Source: Spirochaetia bacterium (GTDB lineage: Bacteria > Spirochaetota > Spirochaetia > SZUA-6 > Bin103). Taken from it: a stretch of DNA of 64,000 bases. The notes beneath the pieces were generated by a model, which was not told the DNA's origin, did no database searches, and saw only the letters and a program-made list of their open reading frames with translations. Of the stretch, positions 13,074-22,221 are shown piece after piece (the first letter of the stretch is position 1; every line of letters begins with the position of its first letter). The position numbers were made by a program, and so were the translations under genes. The stretch is from NCBI GenBank assembly GCA_965203905.1, contig CBDBDQ010000005.1:6432001-6496000 (forward strand), in the 5' to 3' direction.

Positions 13074-13254
13074 GGCGCACTTCTACCTGCCTCGCAGCGG
13101 CGTCAACCAGCGGCGTCCAGCCGTGGCAAAGCGACCACCGAACCGAGGGCCGAGGATATGCCCCTGCTCCGAAGCGCCTCCGGACCATAACGAATTGTGA
13201 CACATGGCAGTGAACATGATGTTGCAACACTTGGTGCCCAACCTTACCGCAAAC

Positions 13255-13284
13255 AGGGTAGATGACATTTCCCCGCAAGGTCAA
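13255..13284 (-). promoter_or_regulatory. Candidate sigma70 promoter for fliA, in the gap where flhG usually sits
   Basis: Minus strand TTGACC-N18-TACCCT, with palindrome TGTTGCAACA at 13220-13229 just downstream. Confidence 0.45.
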
Positions 13285-13328
13285 CATCCTGGCCCTCCTT
13301 GGCTGCAAAATTCTGAGCGAAATTGGCG

Positions 13329-14603
13329 TCATGCGGTCACCCGAGAGGCTTCCTCGGAACGCCACGAGGAAGCGGCCACCGAATTCTGTGTGGCTCCGGT
13401 ACTGGCGCCGAATTGCTCCTCCAGCAACCTGCGATCGAGACGAAACCCATCCAGGCTCAGGAGCAAACGCAGGGCCGATGCCGGCGCGATGTCCTGCGGT
13501 ACCACTTGCCCATCGCAACAGTAGGAAAGCGGTTTCCGGACGGCTCCGAGGACCGACAGCAGATTTCCAATGGTGGCCGTCTCGTCGAGCTTGGTAACGA
13601 TTACACCATCGTACGCAAACGGCTCGAATTGACGCATGATCTCCTCCAGGTCGGCGTACTTCGTGGTCGCGCTTACCACCAGCTGAGTGGTGCCGTGGCG
13701 GCCCACGGCGTCGAGCAACGAACGTATCTCTGCCAAGTGCGTATAGTTGCCTGGACTGCGCCCCACGGTGTCAACGAAAATCACCTCGGCGTCCTGCCCC
13801 AGCGCGATGGCCTTCTTCAGCTCGTCGGCAGTTTCCGCCGCCGTAACCGGGATTCGCATGATCTCGCCGTAGGTCTCGATCTGCTGGCGTGCGCCGATGC
13901 GGTAGTTGTCGATGGTCACGATGCGCACCCGGCAATCCGGCGACTCGGCGCTGCCGCCGATCGCGTGCAGTGCCGCCAGCTTGGCGATGGTCGTCGTCTT
14001 GCCCACGCCGGTGGGTCCAACCACGGTGCAGATGCGCGGTCCGGCGGCAGCGCCGACAGCCTCCGCCAGCGGGGCGGCCAGCCGCACCTCGCGGCCGATC
14101 TGGCACGCCACGTACTGATGCACCGCGGGCAGATCATCCAGTTTCGACAACGGGAACTCCGCCCGCACCTGCTCGATCAGCCGCCGCCGCACGTGCGCGG
14201 CGAAGTCGTTGCGCAGCAGCAACGCGTCGAGAGCGTCCAGTTGCGGATGCCCGGTCTGGCGGGGGGCGATCGCGGCTCCTTCGGGGAGCGACTCATCCAG
14301 ACGGGAGCGCAGTGCGGCGACCTCGTCCGCCAGCCGTTGCAGCCCGGTGCCGGACGCCGCACGATGCAGGATCTTGCGCTTTTCGCCGTCCAGGTCGGTC
14401 ACTTCGGGAGTTCCGTGCTCCGGCGTCGACGGTTCCACGAAACCGGTGATCTCCACACCGTCGCGGGCGAACAGCCCCAGCACACCACCCATCCGTACCG
14501 GACGATGGGAGTGAATACGGGCCTCGGGTCCATACAACCGCTTCATGGTCGCCAGGGCTTCGCGGGGTGTCGCACCCTGAATCGTGAAGTACTCCATCGG
14601 CAA
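13329..14603 (-). CDS. flhF: Flagellar biosynthesis SRP-family GTPase FlhF
   Basis: [33 protein letters not shown] and GQVVPQDI. Confidence 0.95.
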   Translation of the reverse strand: MPMEYFTIQGATPREALATMKRLYGPEARIHSHRPVRMGGVLGLFARDGVEITGFVEPSTPEHGTPEVTDLDGEKRKILHRAASGTGLQRLADEVAALRSRLDESLPEGAAIAPRQTGHPQLDALDALLLRNDFAAHVRRRLIEQVRAEFPLSKLDDLPAVHQYVACQIGREVRLAAPLAEAVGAAAGPRICTVVGPTGVGKTTTIAKLAALHAIGGSAESPDCRVRIVTIDNYRIGARQQIETYGEIMRIPVTAAETADELKKAIALGQDAEVIFVDTVGRSPGNYTHLAEIRSLLDAVGRHGTTQLVVSATTKYADLEEIMRQFEPFAYDGVIVTKLDETATIGNLLSVLGAVRKPLSYCCDGQVVPQDIAPASALRLLLSLDGFRLDRRLLEEQFGASTGATQNSVAASSWRSEEASRVTA

Positions 14604-14605
14604 CC

Positions 14606-16591
14606 TCAGCGGCCGTCTCCCAGCCGCACCTCGGCAACCGACTGCAAGGCGACCTCAGGCGCCACCTCGGTAGTTGCCAGACACACCAGATGGGGGAGCT
14701 CCCGGCGGGTGGTTGCGCGTACCCGGACGCGGGCCTCGGAGGAACTCAGTACCGCGGGCCGGACTCCCTGTCGCGAGGCCCGCGCGAGGGTCCCGGACAG
14801 CGCCTCGATCCAGCGCCGCCGCGCCCCCGCTTCCATGCCGTGCGCCGCGTCAGCGCCGGCCAGAAGCTGCCGTTCGCACTCCGGTGCGAGGGTGATCACG
14901 CGCAGCACTCCGTCGCTGCCGGCATGCTGCAGGCTGATCTGGCGGGCCAGGGTGCGCCGTACCTGTTGCACCAGGAAGGCTGGGTCGCGGTTTGCGGACG
15001 CCCAATCTGCCAGCGTCTCCAGAATCGCCGGCAAGTCACGGATCGCTACCTGCTCCGCCAGCAGTCCCTGCAGCACGCGCCGGATTTCGCCGATCGACAA
15101 CACAGCGGTCACTTCTTCCACGGTAGTGGGATAATCCGCGCGCAGGCGGTCCAGCAGCGACCGCACCTGGTCGCGTCCCAACAGCTCCGCGGCGTGTCCA
15201 CGCAACAGCGCGCCGAGCCGGGCAACCAGAGCGTCGTTACTTCCGATCCGCCCGCGGCCCCGGCCCGCCTCGATGCCACGGATCTTCAGCAGATACTCCG
15301 ACGGCGCCAACTGCAGGTTGTCGCAAACCCGAACGTGCGGCACCGGGACGCCCCACTCCTGAGCCATCTGCGCGCGCAGGCGGGCGATGCGATCGAGCAA
15401 GTCGCCACCTGACTGGCCCTCGGCCATCGGCACCAGGGCGAGGCCCAGCTCCAGGCGCAGCGGCTCCGGAGGCGCCCCCGCCGCGGCGCCGGCGCCGTCG
15501 GCGCGCGCGGCGTACGCCGTGGCGGCCGCGCCCGCCACGGCGTACGGTTCGCCGGCGCCGGAATCCGCCTCACCTCCGGCGGCAGCCTGGGTCGCGCGCT
15601 CACCGGGTCGCGCCCGAGCCACGGCGTAGCCCAGCGCCGCGACTGCCGCCGCCAGCGGCAGCAACAGCAGCGGCGGGAACCCCGGCAGCAGCGCCAACAC
15701 CGCCAGGAACGCTCCGGTGATGTAGAAGGGGCGATCGTAGAACGAGAACTGGCGGGCCAGGTCGCGGCCGAACGAAACGCCGGAGATCGCTCGTGTGACG
15801 ACGATGCCGGTAGCGGTTGAGATCAGCAGCGCCGGAAGCTGGGTCACCAGACCGTCGCCGATGGTGAGGGTGGCATAGGTCTGCGCCGCCGCGGCCAGGG
15901 ACTCGCCATGTACGCTCACCCCCATGATCAGGCCGCCCGCGAGATTGACCAGGGTGATGATGATGGCGACGCGGACGCTGCCCGAGACGAACTTGGAAGC
16001 ACCATCCATGGCGCCGTAGAAGTTGCTCTGCCGCTGCAGCTCCTGCTTGCGCTGCTGAGCCTGAACCTCGGTGAGCAGGCCGGCGTGATACTCCGCGTCG
16101 ATCGCCATCTGCCGGCCCGGCAGGGCATCCAGGGTGAATCGGGCCGCTACCTCCGCCACCCGCGTCGAGCCCTTGGTAATGACGACGAACTGTACCGCGA
16201 TGATTATGGTGAAGATGACGAGACCGATCAGGTAGCCGGCGACGCCGGACGCCCCTACCACGAAACTGCCGAATGCACGCACCACGCGCCCGTCGAAGGC
16301 CGCTCCCTGCGCCAGGATGAGGCGGGTCGAGGACACGTTGAGGGCCAGGCCGAAGACCGTGGCCAGCAGCAGCAGGGTGGGAAACACCGTGAACTCCAGG
16401 GTGTCGCGGGCGTACAGCACGATGAGAATCACCAGCAGGCTGAGGCAGATGTTGAGCAGCATGAACAGATCGAGCAGCACCCCCGGCAAGGGGATGAGCA
16501 GCATCAGGATCGCCACGCACACGAACACCGCCACCAGAACGTCGCCGCGCTGGCGCCACCGCTCCCCGACACCGTGCCTCACGTCGGCCAT
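14606..16591 (-). CDS. flhA: Flagellar export gate protein FlhA with internal in-frame deletion in the cytoplasmic domain
   Basis: FHIPEP region RVAEVAARFTLDALPGRQMAIDA...FYGAMDGASKFV and IGDGLVTQLPALLISTATG. ATG 16591 with GGAGG RBS. Confidence 0.93.
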   Translation of the reverse strand: MADVRHGVGERWRQRGDVLVAVFVCVAILMLLIPLPGVLLDLFMLLNICLSLLVILIVLYARDTLEFTVFPTLLLLATVFGLALNVSSTRLILAQGAAFDGRVVRAFGSFVVGASGVAGYLIGLVIFTIIIAVQFVVITKGSTRVAEVAARFTLDALPGRQMAIDAEYHAGLLTEVQAQQRKQELQRQSNFYGAMDGASKFVSGSVRVAIIITLVNLAGGLIMGVSVHGESLAAAAQTYATLTIGDGLVTQLPALLISTATGIVVTRAISGVSFGRDLARQFSFYDRPFYITGAFLAVLALLPGFPPLLLLPLAAAVAALGYAVARARPGERATQAAAGGEADSGAGEPYAVAGAAATAYAARADGAGAAAGAPPEPLRLELGLALVPMAEGQSGGDLLDRIARLRAQMAQEWGVPVPHVRVCDNLQLAPSEYLLKIRGIEAGRGRGRIGSNDALVARLGALLRGHAAELLGRDQVRSLLDRLRADYPTTVEEVTAVLSIGEIRRVLQGLLAEQVAIRDLPAILETLADWASANRDPAFLVQQVRRTLARQISLQHAGSDGVLRVITLAPECERQLLAGADAAHGMEAGARRRWIEALSGTLARASRQGVRPAVLSSSEARVRVRATTRRELPHLVCLATTEVAPEVALQSVAEVRLGDGR

Positions 16592-17727
16592 GCAGCCTCC
16601 GTGCCACCGGTGTGGCGCACTGCCGCCAGAAGCCTGGCCGCCGGCTGGTAGAACGGTTCCGGAATCGGATCCCCGACGGCGACCTCCCGCCACACCGCTT
16701 CCGCCAGCGTTCGGTCCTCCACCACGGCTACGCCGTTGGCCGCGGCCAGCGCTCCGATCCGCTGCGCGGCGGTCGCCATCCCCTTGGCTACCACCACCGG
16801 TGCGCGCATGGTCGTGCCGTCCCAGCGCAGCGCCACCGCGCGTCGTTCACCGTGGGCAATCACCACGTCGGCCGCCGCCACCTGAGCGCCCATGGTGCGG
16901 CGCAGCAGCTCGCGCATGCGGCCCCGCAGCCGATCCCGGACCGCCGGGTCGCCCTCCTGGCGGCGGCGTTCGTCGCGTACCTCCCGCGGTGACATCCGCA
17001 ACCGCAGCCGATGCCGATAGCGCCGGAACAGGTAGTCGACCAGGGCCAGCGCCAGCAGCGCGACCGCCGTCTGGGCGCCGCAACGCAGGGCCGCGCGTGC
17101 CAGCACGGCGCCGGCCACGGCCAGCGACGTGCCGGCCAGCGTCTCCAGCACGGTGCCGATGGTGGACACGGCAGCGGCGCCGACGACCACTACCTTGAGC
17201 AGTTCCTTGACCAGGCTGAAGACCGCCTCTGCCGAGAGCGCGCGCTGCCGCAAGCGCCTCCAGCGCGGCACGATACGGCTCAGGTCGGGCACCACGGGGC
17301 GCACGGCGACTCGCCGTCCACCCTGCACCAGGTTTCCCAACAAGGCGCCCGCCACGCCGACCGCCGCCACCGGCAGCGACAGCCGGGCGACATAGCTGAA
17401 CGCCGCCGGCGCAATCGCGGCCGGCTCCGGAACCTGCGCGGTTCCGATTGCGGCCAGGAAGTGGCGTACCATCGCGCCGGTGCTGGCGATCAGCGAGGAG
17501 CCGAGCAGCGCCAGGGCGGTGACTCCGCAGAGCAGCACGAGCGCTGCCGTCAGCTCGGGAGAGTGGAACCCCTGTCCGGTCTCCCGCGCCGTGCGCATGC
17601 GCAGTGCGCTGGGTGGCTCGGTGCGGATCTCGTCAGCCTCCGCGAACCATTGCAGGTGCACATGGGCATAGCCCGCGGCGAACGCGCCCGCAACGGCCGT
17701 TGCGGCGGTGGAGCAGCCGGCGCTCAC
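16579..17727 (-). CDS. flhB: Flagellar export switch protein FlhB, lacking the NPTH motif
   Basis: HLQWFAEADEIRTEPP, four TM segments, LRMSPREVRDERRRQEGDP, APVVVAKG, GDPIPEPFYQ. GTG start overlaps the fliR stop. Confidence 0.9.
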   Translation of the reverse strand: MSAGCSTAATAVAGAFAAGYAHVHLQWFAEADEIRTEPPSALRMRTARETGQGFHSPELTAALVLLCGVTALALLGSSLIASTGAMVRHFLAAIGTAQVPEPAAIAPAAFSYVARLSLPVAAVGVAGALLGNLVQGGRRVAVRPVVPDLSRIVPRWRRLRQRALSAEAVFSLVKELLKVVVVGAAAVSTIGTVLETLAGTSLAVAGAVLARAALRCGAQTAVALLALALVDYLFRRYRHRLRLRMSPREVRDERRRQEGDPAVRDRLRGRMRELLRRTMGAQVAAADVVIAHGERRAVALRWDGTTMRAPVVVAKGMATAAQRIGALAAANGVAVVEDRTLAEAVWREVAVGDPIPEPFYQPAARLLAAVRHTGGTEAAWPT

Positions 17728-18581
17728 GGTGCCCCCACCTGCGGCACCGAGCCGCCCGGCGGCAGTGTCCGCGCTGCGGCGCCCAACTCCGCGAGGAGCC
17801 GGCGCAGTTCCACGAAGGCGCCATCGATCACCGCCGCCGCCGCATCGAGCAGCAGCGGCAGGGTGAGCAGCAGGAGCACCAGTCCTGCACCCAGCGAGAC
17901 GGGCAGCCCCAGCATCAGCAGATTCATCTGCGGCGCTGCCTTGGCCAGCAGGGCGAGCGCGATCGATACCAGCAGCAAGGCGCCGAAGATCGGCAGCGCG
18001 ATGGTCAGGGCGGTGCTGAACAGCCGGGCCAGACTGCCGGCTGCGCGCTGCAGCAGCAGCCCTGCGCCGCGCAGGGCACCGGCCTCCAGGCTGATCACCA
18101 GATCGGCCGCGCGCAAGGCTTGAAACGAGCCCGCGACGCCCACCAGCAGCAGCCGGTGCAGCCCGCCGACCGAGAGGAACACCAGTACCGCCAGCAGTGA
18201 GAACACCTGGCTCAACAGGGGTGACCGATGGCCTGACAGCGGATCGAACAGCTCCGCGACGCCGAAGCCGACCGACAGCGATATGAACTGCCCGGCCAGG
18301 CGCAGCGCGGCGAAAGCCAGATACACCAGAAAGCCGAGCAGGGCACCGAGCAGAGCCTCGCCCAGCAGCAACAACCCGTACTGCATGCCCGATGGCGGCA
18401 GCGGATAGCCCGCGGCCGCTACGCCGGGCAGCGCGATCAGAGCGATGAACACGGCCAGACCGATCTTTCCCACCTGCGGAATCGCGCGCGACGAGAGCAG
18501 CGGAGCTACCTGGATCATGGCCAGCACCCGCGCCAGCACCAGGAGTCCCACCCCCAGGTCGTCGAGCAGGCCGCGGATCAC
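17724..18581 (-). CDS. fliR: Flagellar export gate protein FliR
   Basis: AGQFISLSVGFGVAELFDP and LLAKAAPQMNLLMLGLP. Confidence 0.93.
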   Translation of the reverse strand: MIRGLLDDLGVGLLVLARVLAMIQVAPLLSSRAIPQVGKIGLAVFIALIALPGVAAAGYPLPPSGMQYGLLLLGEALLGALLGFLVYLAFAALRLAGQFISLSVGFGVAELFDPLSGHRSPLLSQVFSLLAVLVFLSVGGLHRLLLVGVAGSFQALRAADLVISLEAGALRGAGLLLQRAAGSLARLFSTALTIALPIFGALLLVSIALALLAKAAPQMNLLMLGLPVSLGAGLVLLLLTLPLLLDAAAAVIDGAFVELRRLLAELGAAARTLPPGGSVPQVGAP

Positions 18582-18624
18582 GCCACCCCACCGTTGGTGC
18601 CTCTGGCAATAGCAGCCGCGGCCG

Positions 18625-18894
18625 TCATCGCGCCATCCCCGGTATGCTCTCGAACAGGCGCCGGGTGAAGTCCAGCATGGAGCCGCCGAGCCAGGGGCCC
18701 AGCAGCAGTGCGGTTCCGAGGACGGCGAAGATCTTCGGCACGAACGTGAGCGTCTGCTCCTGGATCGACGTGGTGGCCTGCAGAACCGAGATCACGAGTC
18801 CCACCAGCACACTGATCAGCAGCATCGGACCCGCCATCAACAGTAGTTGCAGCACGGCGTCCCGTGCCAGGCCGGCTACCGCGCCCAGCGTCAC
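18625..18894 (-). CDS. fliQ: Flagellar export gate protein FliQ
   Basis: VGLVISVLQATTSIQEQTLTFVPKI. GTG 18894 with GGAGG RBS; 89 aa. Confidence 0.95.
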   Translation of the reverse strand: MTLGAVAGLARDAVLQLLLMAGPMLLISVLVGLVISVLQATTSIQEQTLTFVPKIFAVLGTALLLGPWLGGSMLDFTRRLFESIPGMAR

Positions 18895-18961
18895 GAACGG
18901 CCTCCGCGCAGCCGCCGGCGGCCACCGTGCACTGCCCCGGGTGCCGTTTTGCCGTGGCACC

Positions 18962-19750
18962 TCACCGGAAGCTCCCTATCACCTGCATGGTGAGCAGGTC
19001 CCAGCCGTCCACCAGGACGAACAGGATCAGTTTGAACGGCAGCGAGATGAGCACCGGGGGCAACACGATGATGCCCATCGAGATCAGGGTCGTCGCCACC
19101 ACCATGTCGATGATGACGAACGGGATGAAGATGAGAACGCCGATCTTGAACGCCACCGTCAGCTCATGGAGGATGAACGCAGGGATGAGAATGTAGGTCG
19201 GCACGTCGGCCCGGGTGTTCGGCTTGGGCAGCTCACGCATGCGCATGAACAGACGGATGTTGTCGGCGTCGTCGCCAAGCTGGCGGAACATGAATTCGCG
19301 CACCGGCACTTCCGCGCGCTGCAGCAGCTGGGTGCTGCTCAGCTCGCCGCGGGTAAACGGCTGCAGCGCGTCGCGATTGATCGCCTCGAACGTCGGCCAC
19401 ATGATGAACGCGGTAAGGAACAGGGCGACGCCCATCAGCACCTGGTTGGGCGGCATCTCCTGCAGCGACAACGCTCGCTTGACGAAGTGGAACACGATCG
19501 CCAGGCGCAGAAACGAGGTGGTCAGGATCATGATCGAGGGTGCCAGGGAAAGCACGGCCAGGAGCACCAGGAGCTGCAGGGACAGCGCCAGTTCCTGATT
19601 CGACTGCGCGTCGCGCAGAGTCAGATCCAGAAACGGAATGCCGGGCGCGGAGACGGCCTCCGGCGCCACCGACTGAGCCGCGGCCGGCAGCGGTCCGCAC
19701 AGCGCTGCGGCCAGCAGCGCCGTGGCGATCAACAGGCTAGTCCGCGGCAC
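18962..19750 (-). CDS. fliP: Flagellar export gate protein FliP
   Basis: Signal peptide, LSLAPSIMILTTSFLR, PPNQVL, LIPAFILHEL, ISLPFKLILFVLVDGW. Confidence 0.96.
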   Translation of the reverse strand: MPRTSLLIATALLAAALCGPLPAAAQSVAPEAVSAPGIPFLDLTLRDAQSNQELALSLQLLVLLAVLSLAPSIMILTTSFLRLAIVFHFVKRALSLQEMPPNQVLMGVALFLTAFIMWPTFEAINRDALQPFTRGELSSTQLLQRAEVPVREFMFRQLGDDADNIRLFMRMRELPKPNTRADVPTYILIPAFILHELTVAFKIGVLIFIPFVIIDMVVATTLISMGIIVLPPVLISLPFKLILFVLVDGWDLLTMQVIGSFR

Positions 19751-20465
19751 CGACTTCCCCCGGTTGCCGCCGGCGGCGGAGGCGCTGCAGCCGCTCCTGC
19801 TGGCGCTGCAGGAAGTCGGCGGCAGCCGCGGTTGCGGCCGCCGCGCCCGATGCCGCGCCCGGTGCCGCGCCGGGTGCGGGACCGATGTCGGCCAGCAGAT
19901 CGGCAAAGCGGCCTCCCGCTGCGCGCGGCTGCGCGTGATTCGGTGTCAGCGCTTGGATGCTGTCCTGATCGGTTATCTGCGCGATGAGGTTGAGGGTCTG
20001 GTCCGTAGCACCGATCAGGTACACGCCGCCTCCCACCTGCACCAGGTGCAGGTGGCGGCTGCCACCGAGCGACCGGGAACCGAGCAGGGCGATGCGGTCA
20101 GCGTTGCCGACGCTGGCCCGGGAGCTGCGCCTGATGAGCCGGAACAGCAGGTAGATGGCGCCGAGCACCGCCGCGAGCACCGCGACCATACGCACGAAGT
20201 CACCGGTGGAGACCGCCGCCGGCACGGCCGGCACCGCACGGTTCTCCGCCGCCCGCGACAGTGGCGTCAGGTCCGCCGCCGTGCCGGACGCATCGGCTTC
20301 CTGGGCAGACGCGGCACCCACCACGCCCAGCCACGCCACGGCCAACAGCAGCGCCGTCGCAACAGGTAGGTATGTCCGCCGTGCACGCGTACGACGCGCG
20401 CCACGGTGTGCTGCAGTGTACAGGTTGTTCCCCTCCCAGGAACGTAGCCGAACCACGCTCATCAC
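19737..20465 (-). CDS. fliO: Flagellar biosynthesis protein FliO (FliZ in spirochaete nomenclature)
   Basis: Lies between fliN and fliP. TM segment followed by IALLGSRSLGGSRHLHLVQVGGGVYLIGATDQTLNLI. Start uncertain. Confidence 0.82.
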   Translation of the reverse strand: MMSVVRLRSWEGNNLYTAAHRGARRTRARRTYLPVATALLLAVAWLGVVGAASAQEADASGTAADLTPLSRAAENRAVPAVPAAVSTGDFVRMVAVLAAVLGAIYLLFRLIRRSSRASVGNADRIALLGSRSLGGSRHLHLVQVGGGVYLIGATDQTLNLIAQITDQDSIQALTPNHAQPRAAGGRFADLLADIGPAPGAAPGAASGAAAATAAAADFLQRQQERLQRLRRRRQPGEVGAAD

Positions 20466-20626
20466 CGTCTTGGCCCGTTGCGGTCCAATGGGCCGCCGGA
20501 CCGTCCGAACTTCCTGGCGCCGCGAACCGCCGCCTGCGGCGCCGCTTTTCGCTCAGCCTCTCCTTCCGCCGGGAGCACCGCCTGGCACCCAGGCTCTCCC
20601 CGCGCTGCGCTGCCCGACGCGTCGCA

Positions 20627-21004
20627 TCACGTTCCCCCGTCCTCGCGGAGTGCCATTGCAGGCTCCGCGCGGCCGACGATCTCCGTCACGCGCACGCCGA
20701 AGTTGTTGTCGATCACCACCACCTCGCCACGTGCTATCGGCTTGTGGTTCACCAGGATTGCGACCGGCTCGCCGGCGAGCTGGTCGAGTTCGATCACCGC
20801 CCCCGCGTTGATGTCGAGCACCTCGCGGATGGTTCGCGTGGTGCTGCCGAGCTCGACCGTCATGCGCAGATCCACGTCCATCAGCAGGCCGATGTCCGCC
20901 TGCTCCGAGGTTGCTGCCGAAGCCTGTTCGAAGTCGGGAAGCTGCACCGGCCGCACCTCGGTCGCGGCGGCGCCGGCGTCATGCAGGGCCCGGTCGGCGC
21001 TCAC
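20627..21004 (-). CDS. fliN: Flagellar C-ring protein FliN (short, SpoA domain only)
   Basis: IGLLMDVDLRMTVELG...LDQLAGEPV...IARGEVVVIDNNFGVRVTEI. GTG overlaps the fliM stop. Confidence 0.92.
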   Translation of the reverse strand: MSADRALHDAGAAATEVRPVQLPDFEQASAATSEQADIGLLMDVDLRMTVELGSTTRTIREVLDINAGAVIELDQLAGEPVAILVNHKPIARGEVVVIDNNFGVRVTEIVGRAEPAMALREDGGT

Positions 21005-22002
21005 GATACCGCCTCCGCCGGTTTCTCCAGCGGCTTCACCACCTGTACCGCGAAGCGCTTGCCGACCACTCCGGGAAGGCAGCGGAACTTGGGTTTGCCC
21101 GCCACCTTCAGGTATAGCTCGTCGCCCGGGCCACGGTCGTCGAGACGAATGAGGTCTCCCTTCTTCAGCCCCAGGACACGCGGCAACGGCAGCAGCGCGC
21201 TGCCGATCTCGGCGCTGATGGAGACCGGCACGCCCTGCAGCGCCTGGCGCACCGTCGCGTGACGCCCGGCCGCTCTCCGCGGCTCGCTTCCGAACGGGTG
21301 GTGAGGCGCGCCGCGGTCGCCAATCGACTTCAGGGTGAGGCAGGAGACGGCGAGCTGCAGCTCCCCCTCCACGCCGCCGATCCGGGTGCCGAACGCGACC
21401 CGCACCAGCATTCCTGCGGGAATCGACGCCGCCGCCGTCCGGTCGCGGCGCCGGCAGTACTCCAGCCGCGGCCGAATCGGGACCAGTGGCTGCCACGCCG
21501 ACTGCAGATCAGGAAGCAGGCTGGAGATACGGTTCTGCAACACCGACGCTTCGATCTCGCTCAGTTCGCGAGACGGCACGGTGGGCACGCCCTGGCCTCC
21601 GAGCAGGCGGTCGATCAGGGAATAGGCGAAGCGATGGTCGAGCGCAAGCACGGCGACGCCCGCCAGCGGGTCCAGCGCCACTGCGGCCAGCACCACGGCG
21701 CGCGCCAGCGCAGTGCGGAACTCCTCACCGCTGATCTGTGCCACGGAGTGAGGGACGATCTCGACCCGGGTGCGGGTCTGATTGGCGAGGGACTCGGCGG
21801 CCAGTGCGGCAAACGTCTCGTGCACGGTGGCGAGGGCGCCGACCTGGCGCTCGGAGAGACGGCCGGCGAACCCGAAGTCGTATGCGTCTGGCGTCATGCC
21901 ACTGACCGGCGACCCGGTACTTGCCGATAGCACGGCACTGCTGCTGGAGGCGGCGCAATCCAGCAGCGAGACATGACCGCGACGCGGGCCTGCATCAGCC
22001 AC
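21001..22002 (-). CDS. fliM: Flagellar C-ring protein FliM, lacking the N-terminal CheY-binding peptide
   Basis: YDF, VHETFA, IDRLLGGQG, RELSEIE and a C-terminal SpoA domain (LKKGDLIRL...KFRCLPG...AVQV). Start 22002 (GTG with RBS) or 21897. Confidence 0.88.
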   Translation of the reverse strand: MADAGPRRGHVSLLDCAASSSSAVLSASTGSPVSGMTPDAYDFGFAGRLSERQVGALATVHETFAALAAESLANQTRTRVEIVPHSVAQISGEEFRTALARAVVLAAVALDPLAGVAVLALDHRFAYSLIDRLLGGQGVPTVPSRELSEIEASVLQNRISSLLPDLQSAWQPLVPIRPRLEYCRRRDRTAAASIPAGMLVRVAFGTRIGGVEGELQLAVSCLTLKSIGDRGAPHHPFGSEPRRAAGRHATVRQALQGVPVSISAEIGSALLPLPRVLGLKKGDLIRLDDRGPGDELYLKVAGKPKFRCLPGVVGKRFAVQVVKPLEKPAEAVS

Positions 22003-22119
22003 GCGCTCCCTCCCATGTGACGACCGGGAATTCGCACCGCTCCAAGGGTGGGGAGCATGCGCGCCCGGTTCTCACCCCCGTCGCCCGCCGCGTGGGACGG
22101 GACGTCGGGGAAGACTCGC

Positions 22120-22148
22120 AGGTTACGGCAAAGCGAAAAAAGGTGCAA
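22120..22148 (-). promoter_or_regulatory. Candidate sigma70 promoter upstream of fliM
   Basis: Minus strand TTGCAC-N17-TAACCT. Confidence 0.5.
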
Positions 22149-22221
22149 CCGCTACGCCGCAACGGCGCACGGCGGCACCGGGAAGCCCACGGCGCGTGCC
22201 GACCGTAGCGTGGGCCGTCAG

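Noticed and set aside
15975-16000. FlhA KFVSGS in place of KFVRGD (Salmonella D208)
   Set aside because: As I recall, spirochaete FlhAs already lack this Asp (KFVSGN), so it is weak evidence for repurposing.
16579-18609. 676-aa ORF suggesting a FliR-FlhB fusion
   Set aside because: FliR is in a different frame with its own stop at 17724; the extension is low-complexity read-through.
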